The notes: generated by a model from the sequence alone, not told the origin. 64,000 bases of DNA from Candidatus Hydrogenedentota bacterium (GCA_045863335.1 BTVY01000020.1:27712-91711), one strand, 5' to 3'. Positions 20,536 to 30,332 are shown, counted from the stretch's first letter. Made by a program: numbers and translations.

Positions 20536-22044
20536 CTATAAACAAACCGTCTCGAAAGGCCAATCCAACAACGTGGCGACCTTTCGAAAAACTCCCGCGT
20601 TCCTCCCAACGGACATGGCCACGTGATGGGTCGGTCCCAAAGCAAACCATTCGTTCATGAACTGCGACGGTCCTTTCGCGAACCGCACCGGCGTCATCGT
20701 ATTGCCGATGCGCAGGATCTCCCCGTCGGTCGCCTCGCCCTGGTTGACGATCATCTTCAGCCGCCCATCCACCGTTTGCGTGACCCCCAGAATCGTGATG
20801 GACCCCGTCTTCACCTTCGCTTCCACGGATACGCCCGCGCCCCACTTTCCGTGGTACAAGCCCATGCCGCGCAGGATCGGCTTCCGATCGGAAATATTGA
20901 TATGGAAAGGCCCGTCGTGCCCCATCAGGATGGTCTGGTCCACGAAGTCCGTCGCCACAATTTCGCTGTAACTGCCGCCCACGCCCAGGATGTCCGAGAT
21001 TTTCATGGCGATAGCGGTCTTCATGTCGCCCTCGCCGGAACAGGGGATCCCGCGCGCGGTCAACAGCGAATGCCCGAGGATGAACCCCGCCTGCAACCGT
21101 TCGTACTCATTGCCCGGCGCGCCGCGGTAGTAATAGGTCAACGCATCAAGATCGAACTCGCGCACGAGTTTCTCCTGCGCTACCGCCACCGTGCACGACC
21201 AGTTCAACTGTTCCGGAGTCGGTTTCTTGGCGAGCGGGTCCGACGGCGAATCCTCGCTGATGATAAAAAGCTCTTCGATCTCCCGCAGCTTTACCTTCTT
21301 CTCCGCCTCGGTGACCTCGGCCACAAGGCGCGCCAAGTCGCACATCTCCAGGATCTCCACGTGCAGTCCGGTCTGCGCCTGGATCATCGTGAAGTCGCTG
21401 TACATGTCGAGCATGCCGGGGTACGTGTGCCCGAGGAATCCCATGCGGCCGCACTGCAAGGTCCGCGCCACCGACGCCGCCCGCACCCACGCGTCGATCT
21501 CCTCCCACGCCGCGATGGCGTCGGGATGCTTCGCCGTGGCCTCGTTCGCCACCGAAATCTCCGGAGTCTTTTCGAGCCCCAGCAGTCCGCTCACGACGTG
21601 AAACGGAATGCCCGACCGCGTGTAGGCGTTTGCGATCTCCGGAACGCAACACGCGCAACAATGCGCCAGCCACTCCCCGGTCGCGGTCTTCGCATAGTTC
21701 ATCCGCTCGGACGGTTGCAGGTTCAGGACGATGGTAGGCCGTTTGCAGATCTGCTGAATCGGCAGGTGCGTCGCGCTCATCGCATAGGTGGCCGCGTGAC
21801 AGACCAGCAGGTCGACGTTCTGAGCGTTGAAGAACTCCCCCGCCGCGTGCGCCTTCGCTTCCGTGTCGACCATGCCGAAGTTGTGGACCTCGCCATGCGC
21901 CGCCAGCCGCCCCTCGACGAACTTGCCGTAATCGATCAGCCGATCGAGCAGCCCTTCAAACTGATTCCAGTAGTGGGCATGACCAATGGAGTAGAGCCCG
22001 ATGCGGCCCTTCAAGGCAGGCTTTATTGCAGACATCTCCGGCAT
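20536..22044 (-). CDS. L-fucose/L-arabinose isomerase family protein
   Basis: GHTYPGMLDMYSD, CSGEGDMKTA, YSE, MGHDGPFH, GPTHH motifs; start chosen by GGGGTG RBS. Confidence 0.82.
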   Translation of the reverse strand: MPEMSAIKPALKGRIGLYSIGHAHYWNQFEGLLDRLIDYGKFVEGRLAAHGEVHNFGMVDTEAKAHAAGEFFNAQNVDLLVCHAATYAMSATHLPIQQICKRPTIVLNLQPSERMNYAKTATGEWLAHCCACCVPEIANAYTRSGIPFHVVSGLLGLEKTPEISVANEATAKHPDAIAAWEEIDAWVRAASVARTLQCGRMGFLGHTYPGMLDMYSDFTMIQAQTGLHVEILEMCDLARLVAEVTEAEKKVKLREIEELFIISEDSPSDPLAKKPTPEQLNWSCTVAVAQEKLVREFDLDALTYYYRGAPGNEYERLQAGFILGHSLLTARGIPCSGEGDMKTAIAMKISDILGVGGSYSEIVATDFVDQTILMGHDGPFHINISDRKPILRGMGLYHGKWGAGVSVEAKVKTGSITILGVTQTVDGRLKMIVNQGEATDGEILRIGNTMTPVRFAKGPSQFMNEWFALGPTHHVAMSVGRNAGVFRKVATLLDWPFETVCL

Positions 22045-22095
22045 CGAAATCACCCCAGTTTGCACCAACCGTTCAGACGGCCCTAGGCGACGGCC

Positions 22096-23133
22096 CTACA
22101 GCATCACGGCCACGCCTGTATTCGCGGATTCATAGCACGCGGCCAACACCTTCTGACTGTGCAATCCCGCGTCCGCGCCGGCCGATGGTTCGGTTCCCTT
22201 CAACACGGCTTCGGAGAACGCCTCGATCTCGGCGCGGTACATGTTCACCGGCGTTGGCGCGATGTCGATTCCGCCTGCGGCGTCGCGCGACTGCTGTGCA
22301 TCGTATCCGGCATCATCGCCTTCCAGGATGGCCGTCATGACGCCCGCTTCGCCCTGTCCAATGGTGCCCTCGGCGAGGATGCTGCCCTTGGATCCATACA
22401 GTTCGAGCCGGTTCTTGGAACTCGCATCGGGCACGTTGAACAGCGTGTCAACAACGCCCGTCGCGCCGTTCTCGAAATCCAGCAACACAACCGAGCTGTC
22501 CTCGCTCTTGTAACTGTGTACGAGGTTACGCGTCACGCAATGCACACTGCGCACGGGGCCGAGAATCATCTCCAGCAGATCGATGCAGTGACTGCCAAGG
22601 TCCACCAGAGTGCCGCCGCCGCCGCTGGCCGGGTCCTGTCGCCACGCGCCCTCGATCGGCGGATACCAACAGGACAATTGCGCGCGCGCGAAGACCGGCT
22701 TCCCCAGCTTGCCCGACTGCACCAGGTCGCGCGCCGCCTGGTGTTGCGCGTGGAACCGCATCATCAGTCCGACGCCGAACTTCACGCCGTTCTTCCTACA
22801 GGCATCGACCATGCGCTCAGCTTCCGCCACGTTGAGTCCGAGCGGTTTTTCGCACAACACATGTTTTCCCGATTCCGCCGCGCGTATCACCTGATCGCAG
22901 TGCACGTTTACCGGCGTAGCGATATAAACCGCATCGCAAGCTCCGGCCAGCAATTCGCCATAATCCGCGTACGCCTCCGCGCCGAATTCCTTCGCCACGT
23001 CAACGGTCGCATCTTCGGTGCGATCGTGCACCCCGGCCAGTTCCGCGTTCGCCGCGGGCATGATTCCTTCCGGGATAGTCCGCCGCCGTGCGATCCCGCC
23101 GCACCCGCAGACGCCCCATTTCACCTTGCTCAT
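22096..23133 (-). CDS. Gfo/Idh/MocA NAD(P)-dependent oxidoreductase
   Basis: GCGGIA Rossmann motif, HVLCEKP, GGGTLVDLGSHCID; start MSKVKW at 23133 just after the upstream stop. Confidence 0.9.
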   Translation of the reverse strand: MSKVKWGVCGCGGIARRRTIPEGIMPAANAELAGVHDRTEDATVDVAKEFGAEAYADYGELLAGACDAVYIATPVNVHCDQVIRAAESGKHVLCEKPLGLNVAEAERMVDACRKNGVKFGVGLMMRFHAQHQAARDLVQSGKLGKPVFARAQLSCWYPPIEGAWRQDPASGGGGTLVDLGSHCIDLLEMILGPVRSVHCVTRNLVHSYKSEDSSVVLLDFENGATGVVDTLFNVPDASSKNRLELYGSKGSILAEGTIGQGEAGVMTAILEGDDAGYDAQQSRDAAGGIDIAPTPVNMYRAEIEAFSEAVLKGTEPSAGADAGLHSQKVLAACYESANTGVAVML

Positions 23134-23144
23134 GGCAATCCTCT

Positions 23145-24419
23145 CTACTTCGCGTAAGCCGCGATGACTTTCTTGATCCCGGCGGCAATACCGCGCATGT
23201 GCTCTTCTTCGTAGGTCGGGAAGATAAACGTAATAAATGTCCGGCTCTGGTGCCACACCGCGTTCGGTACTTCTACTTTGCTGTAGTCCACCGACGCCGG
23301 GTCCGCGTACTCCTTGCTCGTGAAGGGAAACCCGGTGTCGCCATAGGAATTGTGCTTCGTAAAAGCCTCTTCCGTGTGACACTGGGGCCAGAACACCTTC
23401 CAACACGGCGCGCCTTCCGCGCCCAACGCCTCCAGGAACGTGCCCATGTCACACGACATCTGATCGATGTCGAGCGTAATCGGAAACACGTACCAGCCGT
23501 TCTGGCGCTCCGGCGTGTCCACCGGCAAATACAGGATCTGCGGCACGTCGGCCAGCGCGTCCATCAGGATCTGCGCGTTGCGCTTGCGCCGCGGCATGTT
23601 CCACGTGTCGATCCGGTTCAACTCGTGGATGCCGATGACGGATTGCATCTCCGTCATGCGGTAGTTCCAGCCGACCTGCGTATGCACGTAGGAGAGTTTC
23701 TGCTCCATTTCCAGCAGCTTAAGCCGCTCCTGCACGTTGTACCCGTGGTCGCGGAAACTCCGGCAGCGCCAGGCCACGTCCTCGTTGTCCGTCGTCACCA
23801 TTCCGCCTTCGCCGCCCGTCGTGAAGGTCTTGTTCTGACAGAAGCTGCACGCCGCGATGTCGCCCAGCGAACCGGTCTTCTTGCCCTTGTACACCCCGCC
23901 GTAAGCCTCGGCATTGTCCTCAATCACGAAGAGGCCATGCTTCTTGGCCAACGCTTTGATGGGGTCCATATCGGCCACGTTGCCATACAGATGCACCGGC
24001 ATGATCGCCCTCGTCCGGGGACCAATCAGCTTCTCGATGGATTCCACGCTGATACAGTGGTCTTCCTTGTTCACATCCGCGAATCGCGGAATCGCGCCCG
24101 CCTGCAACACGGAAAACGAGCTGGCAATAAAGGTGTAGCTTGGGACAATCACCTCATCCCCGGGGCCAATCCCCAGTCCGGCCAGCGCCGTGTGGAGCGC
24201 GCTCGTGCCGTTCGTCGTGCTGATGGCGTACTTGCTCCCCTGCCACGCCGCAAATTTCTTTTCGAACTCCATCCCCTTCGGACCGGTCCAGTAGTTCACC
24301 TTCCCGTTCTTCAACGGCTCCGATACCGCCGCAATCGTCGCGTCGTCAAACGCCGGCCAATGGGGAAGCGGCCCGCTTACACTCTTGGGTCCGCCATTAA
24401 TCGCAAGGTCACTGCTCAT
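23145..24419 (-). CDS. DegT/DnrJ/EryC1/StrS PLP-dependent sugar aminotransferase
   Basis: NGTSALH, GPGDEVIVPSYTFIAS, PVHLYG, EDNAEA, SFCQNKTFTTGGEGG (PLP lysine), GWNYRM. Confidence 0.93.
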   Translation of the reverse strand: MSSDLAINGGPKSVSGPLPHWPAFDDATIAAVSEPLKNGKVNYWTGPKGMEFEKKFAAWQGSKYAISTTNGTSALHTALAGLGIGPGDEVIVPSYTFIASSFSVLQAGAIPRFADVNKEDHCISVESIEKLIGPRTRAIMPVHLYGNVADMDPIKALAKKHGLFVIEDNAEAYGGVYKGKKTGSLGDIAACSFCQNKTFTTGGEGGMVTTDNEDVAWRCRSFRDHGYNVQERLKLLEMEQKLSYVHTQVGWNYRMTEMQSVIGIHELNRIDTWNMPRRKRNAQILMDALADVPQILYLPVDTPERQNGWYVFPITLDIDQMSCDMGTFLEALGAEGAPCWKVFWPQCHTEEAFTKHNSYGDTGFPFTSKEYADPASVDYSKVEVPNAVWHQSRTFITFIFPTYEEEHMRGIAAGIKKVIAAYAK

Positions 24420-24550
24420 GAATTACCCCTCCTTATTTCATACCCTGATGATCTACGCTGGACTGTCGGTTTTTCAAGGAGAAACCGGAAATCATATCCG
24501 GATGTGGTACGATGGCCGCCAGCACGTATTTTCTGGAGTGTGTAAAACGG

Positions 24551-24979
24551 ATGGCAAACGTTCACAAAGATTTTCATGGCGCGCTCAGCTACGCCTTCGA
24601 GTTTCTGGAATCCAATTACGGCGAGGATGGCCTGCGAGATTTCCTGGACCGGCTCGGGGATACCGTCTACAAACCCCTCGTACTGGACCTTAAAGCGCGC
24701 GGACTTCCCGCCCTGGAGGACCATTGGCGGCGCATCATGGACCTGGAAGGCGGGGAGTATACGCTGCGCATGGACGGCGATACGCTCGTACTCGATCTCC
24801 GCGCCTGCCCCGCCGTCCATCACATGCGCGCCCATGACTACCGGGTTTCCGAACATTTCTGCGAGCACACCCGCATCGTCAACGAGGCCATCTGCCGGCG
24901 CGCCGGTTATCAAGCCACGGTTGAATACGACCAGGACAAGGGACGTTGCGTGCAGCGGTTCCGAAAGGCGGACGCATGA
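24551..24979 (+). CDS. Small Cys/His-containing hypothetical protein (V4R/ATC-hydrolase-like pattern), paralogue A
   Basis: CPA...FCEH...GRC pattern; GGAG upstream of ATG 24551 (ORF track start 24512). Confidence 0.7.
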   Translation: MANVHKDFHGALSYAFEFLESNYGEDGLRDFLDRLGDTVYKPLVLDLKARGLPALEDHWRRIMDLEGGEYTLRMDGDTLVLDLRACPAVHHMRAHDYRVSEHFCEHTRIVNEAICRRAGYQATVEYDQDKGRCVQRFRKADA

Positions 24980-25419
24980 TCTCGTGCACGGAATTCATCT
25001 GGGTCTACAACGAACTATTCCGCTATCTCGAAGAACGGGGCGGCGAAGAGAAAGTCCGTGAGTTCTGGCAGGGGATCGCCGACAACTTCCTGCAGAATCT
25101 CCGCGAGTACATCGAGCAGGACGGCCTGGAAGGCATGCACAAGTACTGGACCCACACGTTGACCGAAGAAGGCGGGCGCCACAAGCTCACTCTCTACGAC
25201 GACATGTTCATTATCGACATGCACGATTGCCCTTCGGCGAAGCTGGTTCATCACGGCGGCCGCGTGGAGCCGTACACGAAGTACTGCGAACACTGCCAGT
25301 GGCTGTATCCTCCGCTCATTCGCGAGTACGGATACGAGGTGGACTACGAGATCATCAGTTGCGAGAAGGGCCAGTGCCGGATGACCGTGCGAAAGCCGCC
25401 CGCCGGTATGGATGGGTAA
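24976..25419 (+). CDS. Small Cys/His-containing hypothetical protein, paralogue B
   Basis: ATGA overlap with previous stop; DCPS...YCEHC...GQC pattern. Confidence 0.75.
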   Translation: MISCTEFIWVYNELFRYLEERGGEEKVREFWQGIADNFLQNLREYIEQDGLEGMHKYWTHTLTEEGGRHKLTLYDDMFIIDMHDCPSAKLVHHGGRVEPYTKYCEHCQWLYPPLIREYGYEVDYEIISCEKGQCRMTVRKPPAGMDG

Positions 25420-26341
25420 TCAGGTAGACGTGTAGCGCGAGGGCCAGCAGGATCAGTCCCGCGCCGGCGATTTGAATCGCGTCCATGCGCTCGGTCAACA
25501 ACACGTATCCCATCGCGGCGCCCACCAGGGGTTGCACGAATAACGAAAACGCCGCGGCGTTCACGGGGATCACCCGAAGACTCGCCAGCCAGAAGTAGTA
25601 ACACGCGACCGTCGTAACCGGTCCCGCCCAGGCCAGTCCAATCGCGCTCACGGCGGTGAAGTTGCGCAGATTTGGTAACGCGCCGGTGAACGCCAGGTAC
25701 GCGGTAAGCAATACGAATCCGGTCGCTAAACACGTAAGCAGAATCGTCCCCGGCCGCGCGCGCTGCACGAGACGGCCGCCCATGATGCTGAACATGGATT
25801 CGCCCACCATGCCGGAAAGCAAGAGAAGGTTCCCAAACAAGTGACCGCTGGCAACGAGGCCCAGCCACGTATTCGCCATGCCGCTCAACAACACGAACCC
25901 GCCAAAGGCGATCCCCAACACCAGCCAGCGCGATGCGCGCATGCGCTCGTGAAGCACCAGCCACGCCAGTAAGATGGTGATCACCGGTTCGAGACCCGTG
26001 ATAAAGGAGTTGTGAACCGCGAGCGAACGGTCGAGTCCGACCGTGACCACAATCGGCGTCACAAAATACACAATCGCGCCAGCGATTATGGCCTCCGTCC
26101 ACGGAAACCGCGACGCGTGCGTCAGTTTCGGCCGGTGCCGCACCAACACGAAGGGCGCGAGAACGAGCACGCTCACCGCAATCCGGAGCCAGGCCACCTG
26201 GATCGGCGCGAAGTCCCGGAGGATGAACTTCGTCATCACGGGGTTTCCCGCCCAGAGCAGATTGATGCCGACGAGTCCCAGGAATAACAGGATCGGCGTA
26301 TGCTTCAACGGTCGCGCAGACGATTCGGCGGAGCGCTTCAC
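25355..26341 (-). CDS. DMT/EamA family transporter
   Basis: Two EamA repeats, ~10 TM helices (LAWLVLHER, QPLVGAAMGYVLLTER); GTGA overlap with upstream stop at 26338-26341. Confidence 0.87.
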   Translation of the reverse strand: MKRSAESSARPLKHTPILLFLGLVGINLLWAGNPVMTKFILRDFAPIQVAWLRIAVSVLVLAPFVLVRHRPKLTHASRFPWTEAIIAGAIVYFVTPIVVTVGLDRSLAVHNSFITGLEPVITILLAWLVLHERMRASRWLVLGIAFGGFVLLSGMANTWLGLVASGHLFGNLLLLSGMVGESMFSIMGGRLVQRARPGTILLTCLATGFVLLTAYLAFTGALPNLRNFTAVSAIGLAWAGPVTTVACYYFWLASLRVIPVNAAAFSLFVQPLVGAAMGYVLLTERMDAIQIAGAGLILLALALHVYLITHPYRRAAFARSSGTGPSRN

Positions 26342-27267
26342 TTCAGATACTGCTCGATCCACGCCAAGGCATCGGGCACGTAGACCTCTGTCAGTTTATG
26401 GCCCTGGTCGTACCAGATAATGTTCGTGTTCGGCCCTTTGATGTAGGCATGGTACGTCGCGTTCATCGTTGTCTTGTCGTACATGTCGTCCTGACTGCCC
26501 ATGAGCATGAGGAATGGCGTATCGCAGACGCCCCACGAGTAATCCACGGGCGACGCGGGATTATAGTTCTCGTTGATCAGCGGCGGCACGCACGCGACCA
26601 CCGCCTTGATGCGCGGTTCCACCGACACGAGAAAGAAAGCGTCCATCCCGCCCATGCTGTATCCCACCAACCCGATCCGGTTGGCGTCGATATCGTCCCG
26701 CTGCGTGATGTAGTCCAACCCGCGCCGGTAATCCTTCACGGTTTGAATGGATATTTCAGCGAACGTGAAGTAGTTCACCTTTCCCGGCGCATTCGGGTCA
26801 TTGAAGGCGTTCACGTGCTGGTAATCAATCTCGTTGCTGCGTTCTCCGTGCGTCGCCGCGTCCAGCGCCATCACCGCGTACCCTGCGCCGAGCAACGCTT
26901 TCCGCATATTGCCGCCACTCATGATGTTGCCGTCTTCCCACCAGCCCTCCTTGTTTCCGGACCAGCCGTGCAGCAGCAAAACGAGCGGGCATGGTTTCGC
27001 CGCGTTCTTGGGCAGTTCGATGTACCCCGGAACGATGAACCCCTGCGCGCCGCGAAACACAAACTTCTGACGCAGCGTTTCTTCGCCATCCCATTCGCGC
27101 ACGATCCGCCCTTCCAGCGGCATCGACGGATTGATATCAAAGAACGGCAGCCGCGCCCTAAACGCTTCCTCGCTGATCCGCGGATACGGCGTCGCCTCCT
27201 GCGCCGCAGCCCCAATCGCAAGGATCGCCAAAGTCAACGCAAGTACACAAGATCGATTGCCAGTCAT
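26338..27267 (-). CDS. Secreted alpha/beta hydrolase (esterase-like)
   Basis: LLLHGW, GYSMGG nucleophile elbow, C-terminal D and DQGH; signal peptide. Confidence 0.85.
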   Translation of the reverse strand: MTGNRSCVLALTLAILAIGAAAQEATPYPRISEEAFRARLPFFDINPSMPLEGRIVREWDGEETLRQKFVFRGAQGFIVPGYIELPKNAAKPCPLVLLLHGWSGNKEGWWEDGNIMSGGNMRKALLGAGYAVMALDAATHGERSNEIDYQHVNAFNDPNAPGKVNYFTFAEISIQTVKDYRRGLDYITQRDDIDANRIGLVGYSMGGMDAFFLVSVEPRIKAVVACVPPLINENYNPASPVDYSWGVCDTPFLMLMGSQDDMYDKTTMNATYHAYIKGPNTNIIWYDQGHKLTEVYVPDALAWIEQYLK

Positions 27268-27286
27268 TAGCAAGACAACCTCCCAA

Positions 27287-27436
27287 GGAGGGCGGGGTTT
27301 CCAACCCGCCAAACCCATCGCTCGTTAACCGGATCACATTCATAACAAAAGAGTCATAACATCGCGCTTGATAACTCACGGCGTAACCGCTTCGAATCGC
27401 AATTGTTCGCGGGGCGGGTTGGAAAACCCGCTCTCC
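27287..27436. repeat. Inverted REP doublet (GGAG-RGCGGGKTTTCCAACCCGCC)
   Basis: Copies at 27287-27310 (+) and 27413-27436 (-). Confidence 0.75.
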
Positions 27437-29874
27437 TATTTCCACAACGTCCCACCCACATCAACCGTCACTTCCGGTCGCGGCCGTGGATAATTCTCCC
27501 CCCGGTACGTGTCGAACTGAATCGACGGGAAAGTCTCCACCTCCGCCCTGCTGGGACCTCGCGTCACTGTGCACGTAACGCGTTCTTCAGCTGCGACCGC
27601 GACCGTCCCATCCGGGAACGTCACCGTCGCATTCTGTCCGCCAACGATCGTAACGGCCTCCGCATCCCGCACTGCGGTGAACGCCGCATCTGTGGTTATG
27701 GAAACGCCATCATCGAACTGCACTATCCCCGGCCCGAAACAAACGTAGTACGTATGGGACTCCGTAGCAATGAAGACCCCATTCGTCCCCGCGAATTGAA
27801 ACTCCCGCGCCGATGCCTCATCTTTCCATGCGTCCCACACCGCCAGAAACGGTACGTCGTCGCGGCGCCGCACGCACAGCGTCTGGCATGGCGGGTCGTC
27901 CTTCGTAATGACAGCGTTCGCAATCGGATACGTCTCCAAGGCAAACACTTCCGTTCCCTCTGCCCCCGCCATCGTCAGACGTGCCTGCGCGTCACCCACC
28001 TGCCACCGCGCTTCCCAGTCCGAATCGGTCATCACTGACTTAACGTTCCCGCTACCGTTGTACAACCAGTCCGCGGGCTCAAAGCTGCCCTCGGCCATGG
28101 GGATCGAAAGCTCCGTCGACGCACCGCCGTGGTGCAGCATCCAATCGTGCGTCTCACCGCCCGCGACCACGAAGCAATCGATAACCACATCCTCGATCAA
28201 TGCAACACTGCGGCGGTACGCGTTCGTTTGCGGGTACAGGTTGTCAGCATGAAGTTCTGCAAACTGCAACCAATCGCTCGAAAAGAAATGCTCGACCTTC
28301 GGTAACTGCTCCTCCGTCAAGGCCTCGCCCTGCGTCTGCGACTCGCCGTCGACCGTCACGGTGTTATGCATGGGCGACAAGGTCCCTAACACACGCGTCA
28401 CGCTCTCGTTGTACGGCGTCGCCTTCTCCAGCGCCAGCAACTCGCCCTGCGAATAGAACAGGAGCCCCAACCGGTCCGCGTGTTGATGGCCACCCCCGGG
28501 GATCAGTGCGTTCAGTCCGACCCAGGCGCGGTTCCCTTCCCACGTATTACGCAGCGACACCCACCCACTGGACAGATACGAACTCGTTTCCGCCAACTCG
28601 TGTTGCTCGATCCGATCCGCGCCGTACAAGAGTGCTACCCAATTCCGGTCGCCCTCGCGATACGCCGGATAATCGCCTACCCCTTTCAAACCGTAGAAGC
28701 GATACCCCACCTCGGCGGTCACGTAGTAATCGTCCATGCCCGCGATGGGCTGCGTCGAATCGCCAATAGTCGGCATCTTCCGGTTCGGCATGGCCATGGA
28801 CATGAACCAGTGCAGTGCGCGCGCAATAACCGCGCCCCCTTCGCTCGCCGGATTGGTCAGGTCGTACTGCTCAGGAGGAAACCGGACCGGGTCCATGGCC
28901 GAAAGACTGCGCGACAGGACCGCGAACTCACAGAGATGAGAAACAGGATACAGATGATATCCGGAGCACATCTCCCAATACGCGCCGTCCGGTTTGAAGT
29001 GCGTGGCCAGCAACCGGCGCATGCTCCGGTGCTCGGATTGATGCTCCGCGTCGTATGCGCCGAACCCGAAACTCCAGTCGATGAGATCGTCCCGCTCCAA
29101 CGCGAGCGCCGTCTGCACGATTGCGCGATGCCATTGATACACGTTGTTGTGGTCGTACGTGTAGATGGGCTCCAGCAGGATGTCGTCCAGCATGCGCTGT
29201 AACACCGCCGTTTCGACCCGTGCTCGTTGCTCCTCCGTCATCGTGTCGCGCACCACCTCGTACGCACACGCCAGGTCGTACAGGATCTTATTGTCCCCTT
29301 CCCGATGGTAGGTGAGGAGTTTTCGCATCTGCGGATCGGGGTCGGAAGTCACGGTCAACCCGTCCAACGTATCCGCGAAGAGCAGCAGAATTTCTACGCT
29401 CCGCCCGGTGTATGCCTCGTCTCCGTCCACCGCGCCAATTACCGCGAACTCGCTCGCCACCGTCGCCGCCATCTGGTAGAAGAGGCAGACCCACCCCTCG
29501 TACATGGTCCCGTGGTAACGGTGGGACGCCTCGTACACGCCGGGGTCCGTGTCCGACGTAAAGGTCTTACCGCAGGTGGGACAGGTGAAGGTCTCCGGTT
29601 CCAGCGGGTCAAAGGTCAGCCGCGTGCGATCCGTGGGACACGAGAAGTTGTGGTACACGTTTCCGCGCACGGTGGGAAACACACGCCGGAGATCCTCCGT
29701 CGACGTATCCCGCCATACGCTGCGTCCCCGCTTCTCCGATTCGAAAAGCGCCTTCGCCCAGTCCTGCGTACCGACCTTGGTGCGTACTTCGTGAAGCGTA
29801 TCCGCCGTGATGAGACCGGCGGGATGCTGCCATTGGACGGCGGCGACGAAACAAAGAGTCCAGAGTGCATTCAT
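27436..29874 (-). CDS. Heparinase II/III-like (polysaccharide lyase-like) secreted protein
   Basis: QWQHP, HNNVYQW, DGAYWEMCSGYHLY, PTIGDS, GHQHADRLG, HNTVTVDG; CP...CPTC insertion. Confidence 0.78.
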   Translation of the reverse strand: MNALWTLCFVAAVQWQHPAGLITADTLHEVRTKVGTQDWAKALFESEKRGRSVWRDTSTEDLRRVFPTVRGNVYHNFSCPTDRTRLTFDPLEPETFTCPTCGKTFTSDTDPGVYEASHRYHGTMYEGWVCLFYQMAATVASEFAVIGAVDGDEAYTGRSVEILLLFADTLDGLTVTSDPDPQMRKLLTYHREGDNKILYDLACAYEVVRDTMTEEQRARVETAVLQRMLDDILLEPIYTYDHNNVYQWHRAIVQTALALERDDLIDWSFGFGAYDAEHQSEHRSMRRLLATHFKPDGAYWEMCSGYHLYPVSHLCEFAVLSRSLSAMDPVRFPPEQYDLTNPASEGGAVIARALHWFMSMAMPNRKMPTIGDSTQPIAGMDDYYVTAEVGYRFYGLKGVGDYPAYREGDRNWVALLYGADRIEQHELAETSSYLSSGWVSLRNTWEGNRAWVGLNALIPGGGHQHADRLGLLFYSQGELLALEKATPYNESVTRVLGTLSPMHNTVTVDGESQTQGEALTEEQLPKVEHFFSSDWLQFAELHADNLYPQTNAYRRSVALIEDVVIDCFVVAGGETHDWMLHHGGASTELSIPMAEGSFEPADWLYNGSGNVKSVMTDSDWEARWQVGDAQARLTMAGAEGTEVFALETYPIANAVITKDDPPCQTLCVRRRDDVPFLAVWDAWKDEASAREFQFAGTNGVFIATESHTYYVCFGPGIVQFDDGVSITTDAAFTAVRDAEAVTIVGGQNATVTFPDGTVAVAAEERVTCTVTRGPSRAEVETFPSIQFDTYRGENYPRPRPEVTVDVGGTLWK

Positions 29875-29965
29875 GCCATGGCACCTCCCAAGACCTTTGG
29901 TAAAACCTCCCCCAAACAAGATGACAATATGGCGGTCACACCAAACGCATCAACAAGGCAGCCCC

Positions 29966-30123
29966 TATGGAGTGCGGCCCCTTGGGGCTGCTTTCCTCGA
30001 GCAGGCTTGCCTGCGACTCGATGAGAGAGATTTCGTCCTTATCCCTGAAACTAACCGGCTCGATGCTCTTAGGTCCTTCACAATCGACTGAAGAAAAGCA
30101 GCCCCAAGGGGCCGCACTCCATA
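29966..30123. mobile_element. 158-bp MITE/REPIN-like element
   Basis: Perfect 29-bp terminal inverted repeats TATGGAGTGCGGCCCCTTGGGGCTGCTTT at 29966-29994 and 30095-30123. Confidence 0.7.
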
Positions 30124-30332
30124 TACTGTCTACACGAAAATATTCCCGTTGTTGAGGAGAGCTGTATTAAGCCTACCATCCCGGACTACGCGCCGCTACC
30201 CTCCGTGCTATACTGCCTCGCGCGCGCTTCCCTGCGGAGTTGGAAGCGCGGCAATGGGGCGCAACCGGGGAAGTATCCATGTATAAGATAACGACCACGT
30301 CCATACAACGACCACGCCACGATAGCAATAGG

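Noticed and set aside
23134-23406. N-terminal extension of the Gfo ORF given in the ORF track
   Set aside because: Overlaps the DegT gene in another frame; the Rossmann motif begins right after ATG 23133
23145-24419. O-antigen or antibiotic biosynthesis cluster
   Set aside because: No nucleotide-sugar enzymes, glycosyltransferases, flippase or PKS/NRPS nearby
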